DNA from: Octopus sinensis
Lineage: Eukaryota
Assembly: GCF_006345805.1 (NCBI RefSeq)
Contig: NW_021833536.1
Location: 1 to 28,569, forward strand
Reading direction: 5' to 3'
DNA: 28,569 nt
The stretch's first letter is position 1; each line of letters starts with the position of its first letter. The notes beneath the pieces were generated by a model. It worked only from the letters and a program-made list of their open reading frames with translations, was not told where the DNA came from and did no database searches. Of this stretch, positions 23,152 to 28,569 are shown piece by piece. The position numbers and the translations under genes were made by a program.

Positions 23152-23643
23152 ATACTACAATTATGAATAATTGTATATTAAATTTTGAGATACTAGAATG
23201 CATCATCTCAACTCAGAGCGAGCTAAAGCCTGACCAGTACCACGAAATTCAAAGTTTGAATGAAGGTTTGTGTCACAGCCCCCTTCCACCCGCGTGTAGC
23301 CAAGATAAAATGCTGTGGTCATTTACTGGGATAAAATATGGTATCAGTAATAATAAAAAAAGGTGAAACTAATTAATTAGGGATAATTATCAATTACACC
23401 AAGTAGATTTCAGCATGTAAAAGCCCCATTCGAGGAAAATTTAAGTAATACTAAGTAATTAAGGGTTTAGCAACGAATTGCCTCACCAACACACCGAATT
23501 TAGAATAGCAGTCAAAGAGATATAGCTATTCCTTCTACTAAAAGGGGGATCTCAGTAAAAACACAGCACTTGAAAGGCAAAAACACAGACAGGTAAGAAA
23601 GAAAGAATGAAATGACGGCAATCCATCATGCAATTTTACGTTA

Positions 23644-23735
23644 CCTACGGACGTACGTTTCGAGATCAAGTTTTAGGATAGCGTAAGAATTAGAAAATTC
23701 TACTTTACCCGTACTTCTTCTCTCATCGGCGCAGG
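23644..23735 (-). ncRNA. Type I hammerhead ribozyme motif L4 (predicted cut 23650|23649)
   Basis: Complete motif as in L2. Confidence 0.8.
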
Positions 23736-24008
23736 ATACTACAATTATGAATAATTGATATTAAATTTTGAGATACTAGAATGCATCATCTCAACTCAGA
23801 GCGAGCTAAAGCATGACCAGTACCACGAAATTCAAAGTTTGAATGAAGGTTGTGTCACCAGCCCCCTTCCACCCGCGTGTAGCCAAGATAAAATGCTGTG
23901 GTCATTTACTGGGATAAAATATGGGTCATGCTTTAGCTCGCTCTGAGTTGAGATGATGCATTCTAGTATCTCAAAATTTAATATACAATTATTCATAATT
24001 GTAAGTAT

Positions 24009-24100
24009 CCTGCGCCGATGAGAGAAGAAGTACGGGTAAAGTAGAATTTTCTAATTCTTACGCTATCCTAAAACTTGATCTCGAAACGTACGTCCGTAGG
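24009..24100 (+). ncRNA. Type I hammerhead ribozyme motif R1 (predicted cut after 24094)
   Basis: Helix I 24009-24014/24095-24100, core CCGATGA 24015-24021, helix II 24022-24082 closed by GAGA/TCTC, GAAA 24083-24086, C-GTAC-G 24087-24092, TC 24093-24094. Confidence 0.8.
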
Positions 24101-24589
24101 TAACGTAAAATTGCATGATGGATTGCCGTCATTTCATTCTTTCTTTCTTACCTGTCTGTGTTTGCCTTTCAAGTGCTGTGTTTTTACTGAGATCCCCCTT
24201 TTAGTAGAAGGAATAGCTATATCTCTTTGACTGCTATTTCTAAATTCGGTGGGTTGGTGAGGCAATTCGTTGCTAAACCCTTAATTACTTAGTATTACTT
24301 AAATTTTCCTCGAATGGGGCTTTTACATGCTGAAATCTACTTGGTGTAATTGATAATTATCCCTAATTATTAGTTCACCTTTTTTTTATTACTGATAACC
24401 ATATTTTATCCCAGTAAATGACCACAGCATTTTATCTTGGCTACACGCGGGTGGAAGGGGGCTGGTGACACAAACCTTCATTCAAACTTTGAATTTCGTG
24501 GTACTGGTCATGCTTTAGCTCGCTCTGAGTTGAGATGATGCATTCTAGTATCTCAAAATTTAATATACAATTATTCATAATTGTAGTAT

Positions 24590-24680
24590 CCTGCGCCGAT
24601 GAGAGAAGAAGTACGGGTAAAGTAGAATTTTCTAATTCTTACGCTATCCTAAAACTTGATCTCGAACGTACGTCTGTAGG
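24590..24680 (+). ncRNA. Hammerhead motif R2 (cut after 24674); one A of GAAA is missing
   Basis: Reads CTCGAACGTACGTCTGTAGG: a core deletion (real or a sequencing error) plus a C>U change at the first pair of helix I. Confidence 0.6.
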
Positions 24681-25177
24681 TAACGTAAAATTGCATGATG
24701 GATTGCCGTCATTTCATTCTTTCTTTCTTACCTGTCTGTGTTTGCCTTTCAAGTGCTGTGTTTTTACTGAGATCCCCCTTTTAGTAGAAGGAATAGCTAT
24801 ATCTCTTTGACTGCTATTTCTAAATTCGGTGTGTTGGTGAGGCAATTCGTTGCTAAACCCTTAATTACTTAGTATTACTTAAATTTTCCTCGAATGGGGC
24901 TTTTACATGCTGAAATCTACTTGGTGTAATTGATAATTATCCCTAATTAATTATTTCACCTTGTTTTTTTTTTACTTATTACTGATAACCATTTTTATCC
25001 CAGTAAATGACCACAGCATTTTATCTTGGCTACACGCGGGTGGAAGGGGGCTGGTGACACAAACCTTCATTCAAACTTTGAATTTCGTGGTACTGGTCAT
25101 GCTTTAGCTCGCTCTGAGTTGAGATGATGCATTCTAGTATCTCAAAATTAATATACAATTATTCATAATTGTAGTAT

Positions 25178-25269
25178 CCTGCGCCGATGAGAGAAGAAGT
25201 ACGGGTAAAGTAGAATTTTCTAATTCTTACGCTATCCTAAAACTTGATCTCGAAACGTACGTCCGTAGG
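25178..25269 (+). ncRNA. Type I hammerhead ribozyme motif R3 (cut after 25263)
   Basis: Complete motif. Confidence 0.8.
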
Positions 25270-25762
25270 TAACGTAAAATTGCATGATGGATTGCCGTCA
25301 TTTCATTCTTTCTTTCTTACCTGTCTGTGTTTGCCTTTCAAGTGCTGTGTTTTTACTGAGATCCCCCTTTTAGTAGAAGGAATAGCTAATCTCTTTGACT
25401 GCTATTTCTAAATTCGGTGTGTTGGTGAGGCAATTCGTTGCTAAACCTTAATTACTTAGTATTACTTAACTTAAATTTTCTCGAATGGGGCTTTTACATG
25501 TTGAAATCTACTTGGTGTAATTGATAATTATCCCTAATTAATTAGTTTCACCTTTTTTATTATTACTGATAACCATATTTTATCCCAGTAAATGACCACA
25601 GCATTTTATCTTGGCTACACGCGGGTGGAAGGGGGCTGGTGACACAAACCTTCATTCAAACTTTGAATTTCGTGGTACTGGTCATGCTTTAGCTCGCTCT
25701 GAGTTGAGATGATGCATTCTAGTATCTCAAAATTTATATACAATTATTCATAATTGTAGTAT

Positions 25763-25854
25763 CCTGCGCCGATGAGAGAAGAAGTACGGGTAAAGTAGAA
25801 TTTTCTAATTCTTACGCTATCCTAAAACTTGATCTCGAAACGTACGTCCGTAGG
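25763..25854 (+). ncRNA. Type I hammerhead ribozyme motif R4 (cut after 25848)
   Basis: Complete motif. Confidence 0.8.
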
Positions 25855-26347
25855 TAACGTAAAATTGCATGATGGATTGCCGTCATTTCATTCTTTCTTT
25901 CTTACCTGTCTGTGTTTGCCTTTCATGCTGTGTTTTTTACTGAGATCCCCCTTTTAGTAGAAGGAATAGCTATATCTCTTTGACTGCTATTTCTAAATTC
26001 GGTTGTTGGTGAGGCAATTCGTTGCTAAACCCTTAATTACTTAGTATTACTTAAATTTTCCTCGAATGGGGCTTTTACATGCTGAATCTACTTGGTGTAA
26101 TTGATAATTATCCCTAATTAATTAGTTTCACCTTTTTTATTATTACTGATAACCATATTTTATTATCCCAGTAAATGACCACACAGCATTTTATCTTGGC
26201 TACACGCGGGTGGAAGGGGGCTGGTGACACAAACTTCATTCAAACTTTGAATTTCGTGGTACTGGTCATGCTTTAGCTCGCTCTGAGTTGAGATGATGCA
26301 TTCTAGTATCTCAAAATTTAATATACAATTATTCATAATTGTAGTAT

Positions 26348-26439
26348 CCTGCGCCGATGAGAGAAGAAGTACGGGTAAAGTAGAATTTTCTAATTCTTAC
26401 GCTATCCTAAAACTTGATCTCGAAACGTACGTCCGTAGG
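26348..26439 (+). ncRNA. Type I hammerhead ribozyme motif R5 (cut after 26433)
   Basis: Complete motif. Confidence 0.8.
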
Positions 26440-26930
26440 TAACGTAAAATTGCATGATGGATTGCCGTCATTTCATTCTTTCTTTCTTACCTGTCTGTGT
26501 TTGCCTTTCAAGTGCTGTGTTTTTACTGAGATCCCCCTTTTAGTAGAAGGAATAGCTATATCTCTTTGACTGCTATTTCTAAATTCGGTGTGTTGGTGAG
26601 GCAATTCGTTGCTAAACCCTTAATTACTTAGTATTACTTAAATTTTCCTCGAATGGGGCTTTTACATGCTGAAATCTACTTGGTGTAATGATAATTATCC
26701 CTAATTAATTAGTTTCATCACCTTTTTTTTATTACTGATAACCATATTTTATCCCAGTAAATGACCACAGCATTTTATCTTGGCTACACGCGGGTGGAAG
26801 GGGGCTGGTGACACAAACCTTCATTCAAACTTTGAATTTCGTGGTACTGGTCATGCTTTAGCTCGCTCTGAGTTGAGATGATGCATTCTAGTATCTCAAA
26901 ATTAATATACATTATTCATAATTGTAGTAT

Positions 26931-27021
26931 CCTGCGCGATGAGAGAAGAAGTACGGGTAAAGTAGAATTTTCTAATTCTTACGCTATCCTAAAACTTGAT
27001 CTCGAAACGTACGTCCGTAGG
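26931..27021 (+). ncRNA. Hammerhead motif R6 (cut after 27015); one C of CCGATGA is missing
   Basis: Reads CCTGCGCGATGAG: a 1-nt core deletion (real or a sequencing error). Confidence 0.6.
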
Positions 27022-27513
27022 TAACGTAAAATTGCATGATGGATTGCCGTCATTTCATTCTTTCTTTCTTACCTGTCTGTGTTTGCCTTTCAAGTGCTGT
27101 GTTTTTACTGAGATCCCCCTTTTAGTAGAAGGAATAGCTATATCTCTTTGACTGCTATTTCTAAATTCGGTGTGTTGGTGAGGCAATTCGTTGCTAAACC
27201 CTTAATTACTTAGTATTACTTAAATTTTCCTCGAATGGGGCTTTTACATGCTGAAATCTACTTGTGTAATTGATAATTATCCCTAATTAATTAGTTTCAC
27301 CTTTTTTTATTATTACTGATAACCATATTTTATCCCAGTAAATGACCACAGCATTTTATCTTGGCTACACGCGGGTGGAAGGGGGCTGGTGACACAAACC
27401 TTCATTCAAACTTTGAATTTCGTGGTACTGGTCATGCTTTAGCTCGCTCTGAGTTGAGATGATGCATTCTAGTATCTCAAAATTTAATATACAATTATTC
27501 ATAATTGTAGTAT

Positions 27514-27605
27514 CCTGCGCCGATGAGAGAAGAAGTACGGGTAAAGTAGAATTTTCTAATTCTTACGCTATCCTAAAACTTGATCTCGAAACGTACGTCC
27601 GTAGG
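27514..27605 (+). ncRNA. Type I hammerhead ribozyme motif R7 (cut after 27599)
   Basis: Complete motif. Confidence 0.8.
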
Positions 27606-28093
27606 TAACGTAAAATTGCATGATGGATTGCCGTCATTTCATTCTTTCTTTCTTACCTGTCTGTGTTTGCCTTTCAAGTGCTGTGTTTTTACTGAGATCC
27701 CCCTTTTAGTAGAAGGAATAGCTATATCTCTTTGACTGCTATTTCTAAATTCGGTGTGTTGGTGAGGCAATTCGTTGCTAAACCCTTAATTACTTAGTAT
27801 TACTTAAATTTTCCTCGAATGGGGCTTTTACATGTTGAAATCTACTTGGTGTAATTGATAATTCCCTAATTAATTATTTTCACCTTTTTTTATGATTACT
27901 GATAACCATATTTTATCCCAGTAAATGACCACAGCATTTTATCTGGCTACACGCGGTGGAAGGGGGCTGGTGACACAAACCTTCATTCAAACTTTGAATT
28001 TCGTGTACTGGTCATGCTTTAGCTCGCTCTGAGTTGAGTATGATGCATTCTAGTATCTCAAAATTTAATATACATTATTCATAATTGTAGTAT

Positions 28094-28185
28094 CCTGCGC
28101 CGATGAGAGAAGAAGTACGGGTAAAGTAGAATTTTCTAATTCTTACGCTATCCTAACACTTGATCTCGAAACGTACGTCCGTAGG
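28094..28185 (+). ncRNA. Type I hammerhead ribozyme motif R8 (cut after 28179)
   Basis: Complete motif. Confidence 0.8.
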
Positions 28186-28421
28186 TAACGTAAAATTGCA
28201 TGATGATTGCCGTCATTTCATTCTTTCTTTCTTACCTGTCTGTGTTTGCCTTCAAGTGCTGTGTTTTTACTGAGATCCCCCTTTTAATAGAAGGAATAGC
28301 TATATCTCTTTGACTGCTATTTCTAAATTCGGTGTGTTGGTGAGGCAATTCGTTGCTAAACCCTTAATTACTTAGTATAGATAGATAGATAGATAGATAC
28401 ACATATTCTCTTATTCTCTAA

Positions 28422-28569
28422 TTTGTTTCAGTCATTTTGACTGCGCCATTGCTGGAGCACCGCCTTTAGTCGAACAAATTGATCCCAGGACTTATTCTTT
28501 GTATACGTAGTACTTATTCTATTGCCCCATTTTGCCGAACCGCAGAGTTACGGGGCGTAAACACACTAA
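28422..28569 (-). mobile_element. SINE family B 3' tail, cut by the window edge
   Basis: TTGTTTCAGTCATTTTGACTGCGCCATTGCTGGAGCACCGCCTTTAGTCG matches other B tails. Confidence 0.85.

Larger units (their letters stand above)
21898..23924 (-). mobile_element. Left arm of the ~585-bp hammerhead-bearing tandem array (about 3.5 units, ribozyme sense on the minus strand); retrozyme-like
   Basis: Units start GGACGTACG at 21898, 22480, 23065 and 23649. Each holds the reverse complement of the hammerhead motif. Confidence 0.85.
23924..28378 (+). mobile_element. Right arm of the ~585-bp hammerhead-bearing tandem array (about 7.6 units, ribozyme sense on the plus strand); retrozyme-like
   Basis: GGTCATGCTTTAGC recurs at 23924, 24506, 25095, 25680, 26264, 26849, 27430 and 28010. 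The arm ends at CTTAGTAT|AGATAGAT. Confidence 0.85.

Noticed and set aside
23163-24810. ORFs inside the 585-bp units (67, 63 and 91 aa)
   Set aside because: They are not preserved across units and depend on copy-specific single-base indels such as the missing A in R2.
21898-28378. Array as a CRISPR, snRNA, 5S or tRNA gene cluster
   Set aside because: There are no unique spacers. The matches to U2 (AGATCAAGT), the U5 loop (CCTTCTACTAAA) and the U1 5' end (CTTACCTG) are only 8-12 nt and do not extend. No cloverleaf or paired A/B boxes were found.

Overview
Repeat-dominated animal genomic DNA. The SINE families and the density of (GA)n/(TA)n/(CA)n/(GATA)n microsatellites suggest an octopus or other coleoid cephalopod; this is recognition from memory, not a database result. 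No long ORF in the supplied track is credible: nearly all translate microsatellites or SINEs. One 46-nt minus-strand exon with a start codon (15390-15435) is a candidate. Bases 1-21.9 kb hold about 18 tRNA-derived SINE copies or fragments from roughly four families, a TIR MITE with a 9-bp TSD, a fold-back hairpin element and several ~215-bp duplications. The main result is 21898-28378, an array of about 11 copies of a ~585-bp non-coding unit in two head-to-head arms (3.5 units and 7.6 units, junction at 23924). Every unit carries a type I hammerhead ribozyme motif: helix I CCUGCG/CGUAGG, core C-C-GAUGA...GAAA, a 61-nt helix II, a 2-bp helix III with a palindromic GUAC loop, and a GUC cleavage triplet. 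The left edge of the array lies within 1 nt of the predicted cleavage site and abuts a (TA)n tract. This fits a retrozyme or Penelope-mobilised self-cleaving RNA element with an unusually long monomer and a non-canonical U4C core. Activity has not been tested.
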